A stretch of 61,316 nucleotides of DNA, the filler included, from Sluysia triapertura (taxonomy: Eukaryota), in NCBI GenBank assembly GCA_046118255.1. It is 4 parts of 4 records of this genome, joined end to end, with 100 filler letters (N's around TTAATTAATTAA, not from the genome) between each part and the next. Parts side by side here need not be neighbours in the genome. Positions count along the whole stretch, not along the records: positions 1 to 21,358 come from JBJNIA010259513.1; 3 more parts are not named here. One strand, 5' to 3'. A program made the translations under genes and the position numbers. Shown one piece after another: positions 1 through 12,392 of this stretch (position 1 is the first letter of the stretch; every line of letters begins with the position of its first letter). The notes beneath the pieces are model-generated. The model was not told the origin of the DNA and did not search any database. It worked only from the letters and a program-made list of their open reading frames with translations.

Positions 1-5
1 TATAT

Positions 6-480
6 AGGGTGTCCAAAAAGTAACCGAATCTCAAACTTGAATAAAAATTAGATATTTTGTCATTTTATATTATCTTCGAAACTATTCATTTCCTTTTGCG
101 AATAGTAGTCTTTGGAATGATCTTATTGATTTTGTTCTGCGTGCGCTTCTGGACCCTCATTCTTAAAAGTACAAGTAAGGACTTTAGATGAGAAGCAAAC
201 TTCAGAACAAGTCGACTGGCCTAGCTGGCCCATTCTCTTTGAAGGAACTGTTAATAGTTAACGTTACTCTGATATGCTGAGTTCTCCCATTGCGTGCACT
301 ACACCAATGGCTTTGGATTTGACACCATCTGATTTATACTAAAAAGCCTAGTACAACTGATCAACTAAAACAAAGTATTCAGAACCAAATTTCAGAGGAA
401 ACTTGTATTGAAGTTGAAGGTTGACACTTTGAGCATATTAAATTTGTTGTTTATTTAAGTTTGGGGTTAGGTTACTTTTA
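6..480 (+). mobile_element. Internally deleted Tc1/mariner-superfamily (maT/DD37D-DD41D-like) element
   Basis: Begins TA-tagggtgtcc; inverted ends aaaagtaaccgaatctcaaact / agtttggggttaggttactttt; transposase relics EGTVN..RY.DML, DLTP.D and CIEVEG.HFEH. Confidence 0.7.
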
Positions 481-514
481 TTATATAATATTAAAAAATA
501 ATACAAAATATTAC

Positions 515-607
515 TCATAGAATTGAAATCCGAGGCAGCTGCATTAACTCGAGGAGCCATCGAGGTGTATAAGTTGGGATTCTGAGTTGCATGTGACAGA
601 AATGAGA
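515..607 (-). CDS. DCC/neogenin-like receptor, probable further cytoplasmic exon (gene continues off the window start)
   Basis: Acceptor aatttcag|, donor |gtaata; in-phase VSFLSHATQNPNLYTSMAPRVNAAASDFNSM. Confidence 0.6.
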   Translation of the reverse strand, partial: SHFCHMQLRIPTYTPRWLLELMQLPRISIL

Positions 608-821
608 CTGAAATTGTAAAAAAAGAAGACAATTTTATTTCTGTGTTACAATTTCTTTGTTATTGTATCAAAATCTAAAATACAAACAATTTGTATGATA
701 TTTGAAAACATAGATGTTACATTTAATAGAAATAGTAAGAAAAATGAGATTGCTGTTGTAGAAATATTATAAGAATATATCATAATATAATCTTAAAATA
801 TTATCAAGTCAAATGCAGTAC

Positions 822-842
822 GTGTGTGTGTGTGTGTGTGTG
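822..842. repeat. (GT)n microsatellite
   Basis: Directly visible. Confidence 0.95.
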
Positions 843-1153
843 AAAAACAGTGACTAGCAAACACAAACTAATACAAACCATCACATAGCTACAACACAAA
901 TACGACGAATGGTATTGAAAAGAAACGTTTACAAAGAATTGTTTCCTTTTTCATCGTTACTTTTAGAAGAAAACATTATTTAATAGAAGTTTTATCTAAG
1001 TTTTATAACAAGATAATCACATAATACTTTATTCCGATAATAAATCTGTCCACATCACATTCTGCACCTCCTAGGTCAATTAAAACAAATAATATTGATG
1101 CTGGCTTATTAAAATAACTCGAAATATTAGTGAGAAGCTTTGTACATTATATA

Positions 1154-1617
1154 CAGTGGTGGCCAAATTATTTTTTGTGATAAAATTCAACGTTCTTTCA
1201 AGGATACTATAAAACTATTAATCAAAAGTGTATAACAACATTGTCACGGAAAATGTGAAATGTTGGAAAATAACTACTTTCTCCAAAAAGTAAAATAATA
1301 GATCCAAAACATATAGAAATTGTATTCATGTAGAATGTGATAAGACAATTTACTACAAATCAAATATGTACAAATTGTTGTATAAGTACTTTGTTTACCC
1401 TCCTTTGTTATCCAATAATTTCCTGATCCTTAAAGGCGTACCACGTGAGGGTTTCAATAAGTTCCGTCCTGGTGGTCTGTTTATGGGTAGAAACTTTCTT
1501 TTTGACAATCTCCCACAGAATTTCTATGGGATTCATGTCCGGAGTTTCCAGGCCAGGGTAGCCAATATTAATAAAACATATTTTTCTTGTTTTAGTCTAA
1601 TAATTTAGCCAACACTG
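1154..1617 (-). mobile_element. Tc1 deletion derivative, copy 1
   Basis: TA flanks; TIRs cagtggtggccaaatta / taatttagccaacactg; minus strand encodes PWPGNSPDMNPIEILWEIVKKKV...RIRKLLDNKGG.TKY, the Tc1 transposase C-terminus. Confidence 0.9.
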
Positions 1618-1691
1618 TAACTCAATGTTAAGGTATTCAAAATGTACCGAGAAATATTATAAAAATACATCAAATGATAATAATGTCATAC

Positions 1692-2021
1692 CTGGATAAA
1701 AATTCGGATCCGCAGAAGAACCAGATCCGCCACCACCTAGTCCTGAAGTCATCTGACTTGTGGTCATGACAACTGGCACCATATTTCCACCAGTGACACA
1801 CGACGAAGTTACCACAAAAGGCGGTGGAGTAGTATTATTAGAAGAATCATCACTGGTATGCCCACCACCCATACCCATGTGAACCCCACCACCGGTGATA
1901 GCGTGTGATGTATAATGTTGGGATATATGATGCGAATGAGGATACGCCATATTAGCACCTGTTCGAATATTATATGTACTAGGCGTTTCTTTAGAAGCAG
2001 ATCCGAATGACGATGGTGAAC
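1692..2021 (-). CDS. DCC/neogenin-like receptor, low-complexity cytoplasmic exon
   Basis: Acceptor tattctcag|, donor |gtatga; open and in phase; GC-richer than flanks; G/S/T/H-rich. Confidence 0.75.
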
Positions 2022-2388
2022 CTGAGAATAGAGTAAACCTTCAAAAGATGGATCTTTTCGTATTAAAAGATAATTTTAAAAGCAAACAATTTATTAAGTA
2101 AGAAATATGGGACTATTGTAGCTGCTTTATTGCAACGATAATTAAAAGTTTAAGGCATTATTTATCTATTATGTCTTAACAAAAATGAACAAATTCATAA
2201 TAAATACACACTAATTATAATGGTTTTTCTTATCCATTTATTCAAATTGATTTGTTTTGTTCTAAAAATTAACAAACACACTAATAAAATCAGTAGATCG
2301 AAAATGATTAAGAAGTAACGGAAAACAGAATTTATTACTGATCTATTACAGATCTACATTATCAAAAAGCATAATATCAACGATAATA

Positions 2389-2640
2389 TCTAGGGTTTTG
2401 GGCGTCCCGGGTAAAACAAAATTTGGCGCCCTTTCATACAAGAATATACAAATTTAGTGTGAATTAAAAAAAATAATAAAAGGGCAAAAAAATCAAAATT
2501 ACGCAATAAAGAACTGTGTAAAAAATTTATTTATTTAAAAAATAATACTTACAAGCGATACAACATATGGAATAACATAACGAGCACATTTGATGTTTGA
2601 GCGACGAAGGAGCGTACGTGTGACATTCAAGATTTTTTGC
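2389..2640 (-). mobile_element. Truncated inverted copy of the hAT-like MITE at 41569-41992
   Basis: tctagggttttgggcgtcccgggtaaaacaaaatttggcgcc matches the reverse complement of 41941-41982; similarity continues for about 250 bp. Confidence 0.85.
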
Positions 2641-3100
2641 AATTCTATTGGTGGTGGCCAACCTTTTCATTTAAAAATTCAAATAACTACTTCACATGAA
2701 ATATCACATTTTCTTACATTTAACATTCATTAAAACCTTTTTACATATCAAATTTCATTTAAAACATTTTTAGTTCACAATTTCACAACATTAGAATCAC
2801 AATTTACATTTCAAATTGTCAAATATACATTTCAAAATTAATTCAAAACATTTCAAATTCACAATCCTTCAACACTCAATCATTAACATCAGTGAAAAGC
2901 ATTAAATTCATATTTCAAAATCATTTTAAAACATTAAAATCAAAATGTAATTTCTTTAACATCTTTACAAAACGTTAAACTTTAAAAACATTCTAAACAT
3001 TCGGATTCAAGTAAAATTTTATTTAAATTAATTGTATATGTTCTATGAAAAGATTATAAAGAATTATAAGATCGTGTGATGAATTAAAAGAATAAAGTTT

Positions 3101-3102
<2 letters not shown>

Positions 3103-3152
<50 letters not shown>

Positions 3153-3222
3153 GTTTTATTTGTTCAATTTATTATAATTATAATTATGATTATAATTATT
3201 ATGATTATAATTATTATTATTA
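3103..3222. repeat. (ATT)n microsatellite tract
   Basis: Directly visible. Confidence 0.9.
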
Positions 3223-4484
3223 TAAGTCCAACTATTAACATTAATTTGTTAAATCCATTGTCATTATTGTAGTGATTGTAACCTGTCATCAGTCGACAGT
3301 TGGTAATTTAATTTCATGTACATAATTTTGTAACTGTCAACTCATGATGGTTGTTTAGTGTGTTAAATCACTTGCGGAGTTTTGTGTTGTTGTGCGTCAG
3401 AGTGTGATTCATTTTAGTGGTCGTAATGCTGTTGATGTGCTGTGTTTAATTTGCAATTATTATTTTGTACTGTAGTAGCTTGCAGCAAATAGTAGTTGTT
3501 AATTCAAACAACCAATAAAAAGTCAGCATAAGTGAATTCACTGCTAGTTATATTTGTAAAATTATGGACCTTAGTTTTCCATCCTTTATGCTTGAAGAAG
3601 ATGTAATTGTAAAGTGTATACGATCTCAAATGAATGAAGTCAAAAGCAAACAAAGTATGATGTCCAATCAATCAAGTTAAATCAGGTATTTCTAATCCAA
3701 GTGTAATTTCTGGTACCTATAAAATTTCGGCAGTGTCCATCTCAGCTAAACGAATGCGGTATATGTCATAAATTTGGTGTACATTGCCGTTATTTTCATA
3801 ATATTTTAGAATCAAATTATCATGGCTTAAAAAATCAATATACTAATGAACATTTGGAACGTTTGAATGATCTGCTTAAATCAGTACAAAATAACGCACT
3901 TAGCCTTAATCTACAAACCAATAAAATGCACACTAAAACTACGAACAATATTGCATCTTCTAGTCAGATTAACAAGTCATTATTTAAAGCAATTTTAAAT
4001 ATTTATTTTTATTTATCATTATGAGAGACTCTAACAAGAGAATCCACGGCGTGCCAGAGTACAATTAATAATCATATACAATTAACAATGTTTAGTGCAT
4101 GTGTCAATTTTAACTCAATTTATAATAAATCTTTATTGAATAAAAAAGTAAGTGATGAAATTTTTAAATTAAATCTTGTTAATTTGTTTTATAAAAGGAA
4201 ATAAAAAATTTTAATTTCGATCAAACAAGTTACACTAAGATTATAACTAAAATATCTTTAATCCAACAATATCCAAGCTATTTGTCAAAAATTCAATAAC
4301 CATAGTTAATTAAATTAATTTTTTTTTTGAAAATCAGTTTGTAAACAGTTTACAATATTAAAGTAATTAGTGCGTTGTGACCTTTATTTGGTATTATTAT
4401 TAAAGAAAACAATTTATTGCTTGCTAAAAAATCGATGACTCATCAAAAACGATCGATTTTAATTTATAAAATCTAAAAAAATAT

Positions 4485-4546
4485 AACGGCCTTGAAAAGG
4501 TAGACACGCCAGGCTCAAAAGCAAGAACTGATACGTCGAATATATT
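4485..4546 (+). repeat. Dispersed repeat fragment shared with 52298-52359
   Basis: tagacacgcca...ggctcaaaagcaagaac(t/c)gatacgtcg(a/c)atatatt occurs at both sites. Confidence 0.7.
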
Positions 4547-4571
4547 AATCTAAAATTTCAATACAACATAC

Positions 4572-4834
4572 CGTTTCTGTCAATATTGTTGTGTCCTTTG
4601 TTATTAGATCCAGTCAAAGGTATACTTGTTACCCCTCTACTTGGAATGCCAGTACCGGTACCCGTACCCACTTCTCCATAACGATGGTGCTGATGACCAG
4701 TATGCTTGAACAAATCCGGAGTAGTTAGAATTTGATGTCCAACTGGCGGCTGTTTTGACTTCAGAAATTCTATTTGCTGTTCATCGTATTCGTACAAATT
4801 TCGATGAGTCGAAAATGGTTTGTGCTGCTTTCTT
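4572..4834 (-). CDS. DCC/neogenin-like receptor, cytoplasmic exon with P1-like motif
   Basis: Basic RRKQHK stop-transfer; TPDLFKH resembles the DCC-family P1 motif PPDLWIHH; phase 2 in, phase 1 out, donor |gtatgt. Confidence 0.8.
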
Positions 4835-5325
4835 CTATTATAATATAACAACTTTTATTAAATTATATTATTATTTTACAATATCATTGTATTTTCAATA
4901 AAAATTAACAGGATATCATTGAACAATGCTCATTATGATCGTTATCCAACAATTATTTTTGCTATTTTATTATGTCAACTTCATTTGAAACAAATTTATT
5001 TCCGCTTTAATATATTTCTTTCAATTTACAAGCAATAATCATTCATTTATTATTTAAAATTTATTTGCTACTTATAATAGTAAATAACTGCAAAATAGTA
5101 TTTTAATGAAATAGAATTGATTAAATTACTAAATTAATTAATTAATTAATTAATAATACCGATTATCACTAACTATAGAAAAATCAATTTAAACAATTGA
5201 ATAGTATTAATAACCGATAACCATTATATTAAAAGAATAATATTTTTTTAAAAAAATAAAGTACTGATTATTGTAAATAGTTGAAAATTATTCTATTTTT
5301 ATTTAAAAATGTTTCCAAAACCAAC

Positions 5326-5593
5326 CTATGGAATTTAATAATAACAATTACTATAAATATCATTGTTATTATAGACACCGTTGCAATGACGGAAAAAATA
5401 ATCCACTTTTTGTTACTACTTATCCAAGCAGAAGTGGTATCATTATTTTGATTTTGATCGATTCCATTTGCATTATTATTAACATAGTGGTTTTTTTGAG
5501 TATTATATTCTGTTTGCATATAATCAAATAGTTGGGTAAAGTTGAACGAGCTTCGATCAGCTAATTTGACTTGATATCCTGTATCACTGGGTG
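5326..5593 (-). CDS. DCC/neogenin-like receptor, juxtamembrane and transmembrane exon
   Basis: Acceptor atgtag| in phase with the 6894 donor; hydrophobic WIIFSVIATVSIITMIFIVIVII followed by KFHR; donor |gttggt. Confidence 0.88.
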
Positions 5594-6419
5594 CTACATA
5601 ATAATAATAATGATGATAATGATATTACTAATAATAATAATATTAATAATAATGATAATGATATTACTAATAATAATAATAATGATAATACTAATAATGA
5701 ATAGTAAAAATATCAAATATAAATGCATAATAAATAATAAGTAAGATAAAGATAAAAATAAATGTCACACAAAAAAGCGAAATAAAAACGAATCGCAAAT
5801 AAAATAAATAAAATACATCTCAAAAAGCAAATAAACAAAAAGTATTTATTTAGATTAAAAATGAGAAATACGCAGTTACAAAAGAATATAGAAGAAATAA
5901 ATAAATGCATTATAATGAAAGGAAATCATTATTGAAATTTATAATAATAATGATAGTTATATTATAATAATAATAATCGTAATAATAACAGAAATAATAA
6001 TAGTAATAATAGCATTAATATAGTAATAATAATGTTAATAATAATAATAATAATAGTAATAACAGTAATAATATTAGTAATAATAATCGTAATAATAATA
6101 ATAATAATAATAAATGTTAAAACAATTAATTAGCAAATGATAAAGAAAAAACACACAACTTTAGTAACGTAGAAATGAAATAAAAATAGCAGCAAACACA
6201 CACAAATACAAACTAACGATTAATCATTAAATAAATAAATAAATTATAATAGGGTCCAATCAATATTATAGGAAAAATACGATGATCAAATATTATTATT
6301 ATTCTTATAATTTCTTTGTCAGCAAATGTCAAACATTCTTAATAGTACACACATTGTCATAAATTTTATCATTTGTTCTCCACTTTCCTTTGTGGATAAA
6401 AAAGCTGTTCCAGTTACAC

Positions 6420-6536
6420 AGGGTATCGAATCCAGGACCTTCTCGCTTCACAGCTTTTTGCAGTTCGATGCTTTGACCATCGAGATATCAGCTCCGTCTC
6501 GATTTGATATAGTCAAATATACTATCATTATTCTAA
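6420..6536 (-). repeat. tRNA-Cys-like repeat, degenerate copy inside a DCC intron
   Basis: Minus strand tagaataatgatagtatatttgacta...gacggagctgatatctcgatggtcaaagcatcgaactgca...gcgagaaggtcctggattcgataccc aligns by eye to 23771-23890. Confidence 0.75.
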
Positions 6537-6893
6537 GTGGAACTTCAGGCTTGTATTCCAACACAGCAAATCAAATGTCAGAATTTTCTGCTGTTTTTCG
6601 TCATGGTTACAAAGAATGCGATCATTTTCTTTTAGATTATAGAGGTATAATGTCCACCCACATCTGAAATCTTATTTTTTTAAATATTTCATATCATTAT
6701 TTATAATTATAATTTATTACTGTTTCCATGGTTATTAACACATTGTTTGTGGGAAACGAGTTAACACGTTCTGCACATAGTATCGCTAGTGTGCGGGAGT
6801 GGTTGGTTGCTGGGGTTAAAATAGTCCGCATAGAATATGTTTAACTGAGAAAATAAAGAAACAACATTCAGAATTTTCGAACATTCAACTAAC

Positions 6894-7080
6894 ATCGTGG
6901 TGTTTTAAATACTCGAATATCCGACAACGGACTTCGACCATATTTGTTTCTACAATAAATTCGATAATAGTACAATCGATTCAGTTCCAGCTTTTCAATG
7001 ACCGTATTCAAAGTTTTAGCACTATAATTCAATTCAATCCATTTGGAAGTGTCCGGTTCACGTTCAACGGTCATCAATAT
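6894..7080 (-). CDS. DCC/neogenin-like receptor, second half of the membrane-proximal FN3 domain
   Basis: ILMTVEREPDTSKWIE...LELNRLYYYRIYCRNKYGRSPLSDIRVFKTP resembles DCC YYFRIQARNSKGVGPLSD; preceded by a 55-nt intron at 7081-7135. Confidence 0.9.
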
Positions 7081-7135
7081 CTGGAATTAGAATGGGCAAT
7101 GAAATTTATTCGATTATACAAACAAGTCGACTAAC

Positions 7136-7278
7136 AACATATTTGGTAATTCGTCCATTAGGAAATTTAGGTGGTTGCCATGACACTTGTACACCAAATA
7201 CGTATTGATTATTCGATTGTTCTTGAGATTGCTGAGTTAATGGTGTTATTGTCAAGTCTCGTGGAGCATCAGTAGGCT
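7136..7278 (-). CDS. DCC/neogenin-like receptor, first half of the membrane-proximal FN3 domain
   Basis: PTDAPRDLTITPL...VQVSWQPPKFPNGRITKYV resembles DCC FN6 (PTSAPKDLTV...VSWQPPLEANGKITAY); acceptor taaaag|, donor |gttagt. Confidence 0.9.
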
Positions 7279-7420
7279 CTTTTATAATTATAATAACAAT
7301 TATAATGATAATCATAAAAATGATAATAATAACGATAATAATTATAATAATAATGATAATAATAACGATAATAATTATAATAATAATGATAACAATAATA
7401 ATAATGATAATAATAATAAC

Positions 7421-7780
7421 TTGTTCCTGGGGTAGTAAAAACTTCAACAAGTGAAAAATCGCCACAATTTTGCTGATGCTGTGAATTATTAAAACAATTC
7501 TGGACAGAAAATTCATATTTTCGATCCGGTTGTAGTTTTGTAAGGCGTGCAAAATTCGATCTGGTTTCCACAAATTGTTCTTCGTTACCACGCTGATTCG
7601 ACGGAGGTCCAATATGATTTGCAGATGTGGTTGGAGTTAAAAGAATATACTTAACTCGACAAAAGGCAGCTCGAGAGTTTAGAAAAGAAGGATCTGTGTG
7701 AGATGGATTCCAGGAAATTTCAGCAGTTGTAGCATTTATAACAATTACTTTTAAATTAATTGGTATTGGTAAATCTGGTG
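7421..7780 (-). CDS. DCC/neogenin-like receptor, FN3 exon
   Basis: PDLPIPINLKVIVINATTAEISWNP...LTKLQPDRKYEFSVQ...FTTPGT; acceptor atttag|, donor |gttatt. Confidence 0.9.
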
Positions 7781-8646
7781 CTAAATTTAGATAATGATTA
7801 ACCAATCATTTTTTTATAAAATTTTCAACCTTATTACAGATCTATTCGAATATTTTGTTAGTAATTTAAAGAACTATCATTAAAAACGTTGACTGCTTTT
7901 TCTACTGATCGGAAAAACAAATTTAAAAATCAAAAAATACCTCGAAAAATTCATCTACCTTAAAAAGAAAACACAAAAAGCACCGTAAGAATGAAAAAAT
8001 GTGATTTTAATAAAATAGAAATGAATACTAGTCTTAGGTTGTCATCGCGCCACGGTCCAGTTTGGGGAAATAATAATAATAATATTGATTATGTAATATT
8101 AAAAAATATTTAATTATCTACTAACTAAAATGAGTAGATAACTATTACATTATATTTTAAAAAAATTTATTTTATTTTACTTATTTATTAAAGTAAGTAA
8201 CTAATAATATAATTAACAATGAAACAAAAGTTATTTTCAATGTTTAATGAAAAAATGTGTAATAATGAAAAACGTGTCTGATTGTGATTGTCTGATAATG
8301 AATTTATATACCGATTCAATTTCAATCACAATCACAAGTGAAAAATATTTTTTGAAAAGCAAATTAGAAAATTTTCGTCACATTCGCCATATTGAAAAAT
8401 TATTAAATATTTTTTATAATTGTAAGATTATCTTTATCAACATTATACGAATAATAAATAATTAATACGGTGCACTGTTCGATACCACTAGACATATTTC
8501 ATTGACATGCATTTTTTATAATTGTGTTTCATTTCTATTTATTCGATTTATTTCGTTCTAAATATTAAGCTGGACCTCTCTAACAGCCTTACAACAAGTA
8601 AAAAGGATACAAATCTGAAATATAAGGGTCTAGTTTTAACATAATA

Positions 8647-9203
8647 CCGTGTTTCCCCGAAAATAAGACTTGGCATGTTACAAAATGATTTTAATTTAAG
8701 ACTTACTCCTAAAGTAAGCCCTAGTTGATAACCGATTAGGATACCTAATAAAAGTCAATGAATGGCTTGAGACGATGTTCAATGCATTCTTTAGTATATA
8801 CTTCTGTATTTAAAGCACAATTAGCTTTAAATTACAATACATTCTGAGATACTTTCATTGTCAAAGCATTCTGGTTCACTTTCAGATAATCCTCCAAGTA
8901 AAATTTTATTAGCAATTATCAAAGCATTTCTCTTTTGCCTCACAATATCCATGAGAGTGACTTAAAACAATGAAAACTCCGCAGAAACTTTGGAATCCAG
9001 TGACTTGCAAGACATTACACAGAACGACGATTTATAATTAGTAGTTTTTAAACATAAAACGTGTTTTTCATTTCATTGTATATTTATAAATTTCATAATT
9101 CTCTACTTTGTAACTTTGTTTTTCGATAGCTAAAAATAGGACACAACATCCAAAAATAAACCCCAGTGTTAAAATTAATATAAGCCCTCTCTTATTTTCG
9201 GGA
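8647..9203. mobile_element. pogo/Tc2-type non-autonomous DNA transposon
   Basis: TA + ccgtgtttccccgaaaataagac at the left end; tcttattttcgggaa at the right end (truncated TIR); internal aaataagccc-like subterminal repeats. Confidence 0.7.
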
Positions 9204-10232
9204 ATGTTAGAGTGCTGATATCAAATTTGTATATTTATAAATATTTATGTAAATATTTTGTAATGTTTTTACATATTTTTTAATGCTTTATTTAAAATAT
9301 TTATATTTATTATAAACATAAAATTAAACTAAAATATTGTAAAATATAAATTATTGAATTATTAATATTTTTATTAATATTTGAAATGTTAAGTAATTAA
9401 AAAATAGTTTTAATTTTAAAAATTGATTTTAAAATTTTCAAATTTGTTTGTTTACATTAATTTAATTTACAAAACAAGATGGCGAATTGCAATATATAAA
9501 TAGGGAATTTTTATAATAAACAACAATTTTTTAACATTTAACAAGAATTCAACACTGGGTCTAATCAATCAAAAAGAAAATCCACTTAAAATTATTTTTT
9601 GAGATATTCTAGACCTTAACAAGGCTAGCTAAACTTTAAACTAAAATATTTAGAATTAATATCAGAAAAATATTCTGAATATTAATATTAAAATTTTATT
9701 GTTATTATATTATTTTTATTTTATTTACGTTGTTTATTAAAATTTTGAGTTTCATTGTAAATAAAAGTTCACTTGTTGCATTAATTCTTTTGATAAAAAT
9801 TATTAAATTATTTCTACTATACCTTAAAAAGGCTAATTAAAAGTTTAAAATGTTAAAATGTATTCCTTGATTTGACCCTAATTTCAAATTAAACTATTTG
9901 CAGCTTTTTTATATAACTCGAGACTCATAATTGTATAATATTTGTTTTGACGTAAGAACATATTTTTAGAACAAAATCCTAATAGACCGCCTTCGATCAG
10001 ATATAAATCGTAGCTGTTAGGCGAACTGACCTCTAGAATCTTTTTGCAAGCATAAGTTAAGTTTCCTTGCAGGTTGGAATTCTTAGATATAATTCGATAG
10101 TAAACACTTACTAACTAATATTAACATAAATATTGAAACGAATGTACGTTAAGATAAAAATCTGTATGTGAAATGTAATAAAATAAATAAAAATAATAAT
10201 AATAATAATGATAATAATAATAATAAACTTAC

Positions 10233-10331
10233 GTATCACTAATTTCGCTGTTATGCAATCTCTAATTATTGGTTGAGAACTTCCTCGTAGCGTTGTAGCA
10301 ATAACTGATATAAAGTACCGCTTGTTAGGTT
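10233..10331 (-). CDS. DCC/neogenin-like receptor, exon completing an FN3 domain
   Basis: Acceptor atcaag|, donor |gtaagt; reads (E)PNKRYFISVIATTLRGSSQPIIRDCITAKLVI, the FN3 LxPxxxY..V.A....G.S signature; absent from the ORF track. Confidence 0.85.
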
Positions 10332-10335
10332 CTTG

Positions 10336-10385
<50 letters not shown>

Positions 10386-10565
10386 GAAATTAATTCAATT
10401 ATTACAATTATATCTTAATAAAAGACAATTTTCTCATAACAATAACTGTCAACATGTCATTTAAGCATTTGAAATATAAAATATATTGTAAAAATAAACT
10501 ATTTGTTATTAATAAGTAGCATATTTATTGTTAAAATTTATTAAACAAAATTAAATATAATTTAC

Positions 10566-10731
10566 CTAGTTCTGTAATAGTGTATGAATCCAATTTACCA
10601 CTAACTGTTTCTGATTTTGGACCAGGAAATTGATCACCCCATTTGACAGTATAATTTAGAACTGGTTCACCGAGTTTTTTCCACACAATTCGAATACTAG
10701 TAGGATATTCCTCCAACGATATAGATAAACC
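10566..10731 (-). CDS. DCC/neogenin/frazzled-like netrin receptor, FN3 exon (most 5' exon confidently seen)
   Basis: Acceptor ttattag|, donor |gtaaat; reads GLSISLEEYPTSIRIVWKKLGEPVLNYTVKWGDQFPGPKSETVSGKLDSYTITEL (FN3 pattern W...Y...L); phase 1 matches the next exon. Confidence 0.85.
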
Positions 10732-10861
10732 CTAATAAAGTGGAAATTATCTTTAACCATCTTTGATTGGTTAAAAAAATTAACATTAAAATTTTAATTT
10801 ATATAAGAATCTAATAGACAACAATAATTTCATATAGAAAAGTGAAAAAATTACAATTAAT

Positions 10862-11412
10862 AATTAATCAAGCAGCAAGACTAATTCTACAAGTTGGAAG
10901 GAATTACATTGGTTGCCAATAAAAGCAAGAATAGAATTCAAAATCATGACAATAATTTACAAATGTTGAATATCTCTTAGAAATAATAAAAAATTTAGCT
11001 GTTTCATTGAATATACAACCTCTATTTTGCTGTATATACAAACACAATTTATATTATAACAAATTATAATAAATAAAACACGAATAAACACTATTACTTA
11101 TTTATAGTATTTCATTTAGTTAAATAAATTATAGGACACATTATACAAACCTTTATTTAAGAGACTATACAGAGTATTGTACAAAGTTAGTATTTTATTG
11201 ATGTTCCTCATTTATTACCATTTGTTACCAGAGAATGTCAAATTATTGGAAGATTATGAAATATTTAAGAAAAAGGCAAAGTTCTTTCTGTTTCAGTAAT
11301 ATTATAGTGAATGATTTATTTTAAGCGCTTTTGAGTACTTACTTTGTAGTAGATTTGAGCGCAGTATAAATTAATATATTATTATTATTATTATATTATA
11401 TTATATTATAAT
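10862..11412 (+). mobile_element. 3' end of an L2/CR1-group LINE, antisense within the DCC intron
   Basis: ELHWLPIKARIEFKIMTIIYKC (RT C-terminal LHWLP motif), then FKKKAKFFLF, a gcgct...agcgc stem and a (TAT)n tail. Confidence 0.8.
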
Positions 11413-11621
11413 TATAGTGACTTAAGTCAAATAGAAACATTCCCTTCAACGTGTTTACATATCGCTTAAAACGATCACAAAATTTTAAATAAATATCATT
11501 AGTTACAGCATTATTATTATTATTTTATTACTTCATTATTTTACTTATAAATTGATAAGTAAACAATACGAGGTACATTTGTAATACAGAAATAAAATAA
11601 TATTTACAATAAGTTTAATTT

Positions 11622-11671
<50 letters not shown>

Positions 11672-12392
11672 TAATAATAATATATTTCCAAATTGCCACA
11701 TTTTTAAATAAACAAAAACCATCAAACAATTTAACGGTACAACAACCAAAATTTTAATCTACGACATCTTTTTGATGTCTTTCCATTAAGCCAAATATGA
11801 TTTAAATATTTTGCAAATACTACTTAATATTGATCGTGTGTGGCAAAACAAAATTTAACACTTTCATTGTCTTCCATTGTTGATGGACACACAAACGATT
11901 TATATTTTAAATAAGGACCTTTTACTACGACTGAATGTAACATTTGTTATGTTAGAATTCACTAATCCGCTAAACTTATCTGGACCTTTTCTTTGTGTAG
12001 CTAGGATCGAATACTATTTTCTGTACTTAGAATTTTCAAAAGACCTTCCTTTACCTTTATTGTCTTTTAATACAAAAAAGATCTTAGACCAGTAAAACAT
12101 AGCTTAAAAGCTTCTAAAAACTTTTACTTTTAATAAATTTATAAATTAATTTAATTTATTATTATTATCTATTATTATTAACTATTATTATTTTCATTAT
12201 TACTATTATAATTATCATTATAATTATTATTATTATTGAAATATTAAATTGTCATAATTATGATCGCAGAATTATTTAGACCCTCTCTATAAAACAATAT
12301 TAGAGAAATCCCTATAGAAGCGCATTCCAACAAGGATTTAAGTAATCTGTTAGAGACAAACTCGATAGAAAGATATGAAATAATGCAATTTA

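Noticed and set aside
2650-3010. Strand-skewed repeat resembling 19620-20185 (inverted) and possibly 22430-22860 and 45280-45520
   Set aside because: Similarity is too degenerate to set boundaries or class by eye
7106-7805. Poly-Ile and poly-Tyr ORFs fused to FN3 domains, suggesting a frameshift or an extra TM segment
   Set aside because: Explained by a GT-AG intron (7279-7420) of TAT repeats; splicing restores FTTPGT-K-PTDAP
11918-12015. Possible additional DCC exon (YSILATQRKGPDKFSGLVNSNITNVTFSR)
   Set aside because: No convincing in-phase donor and no clear FN3 motif
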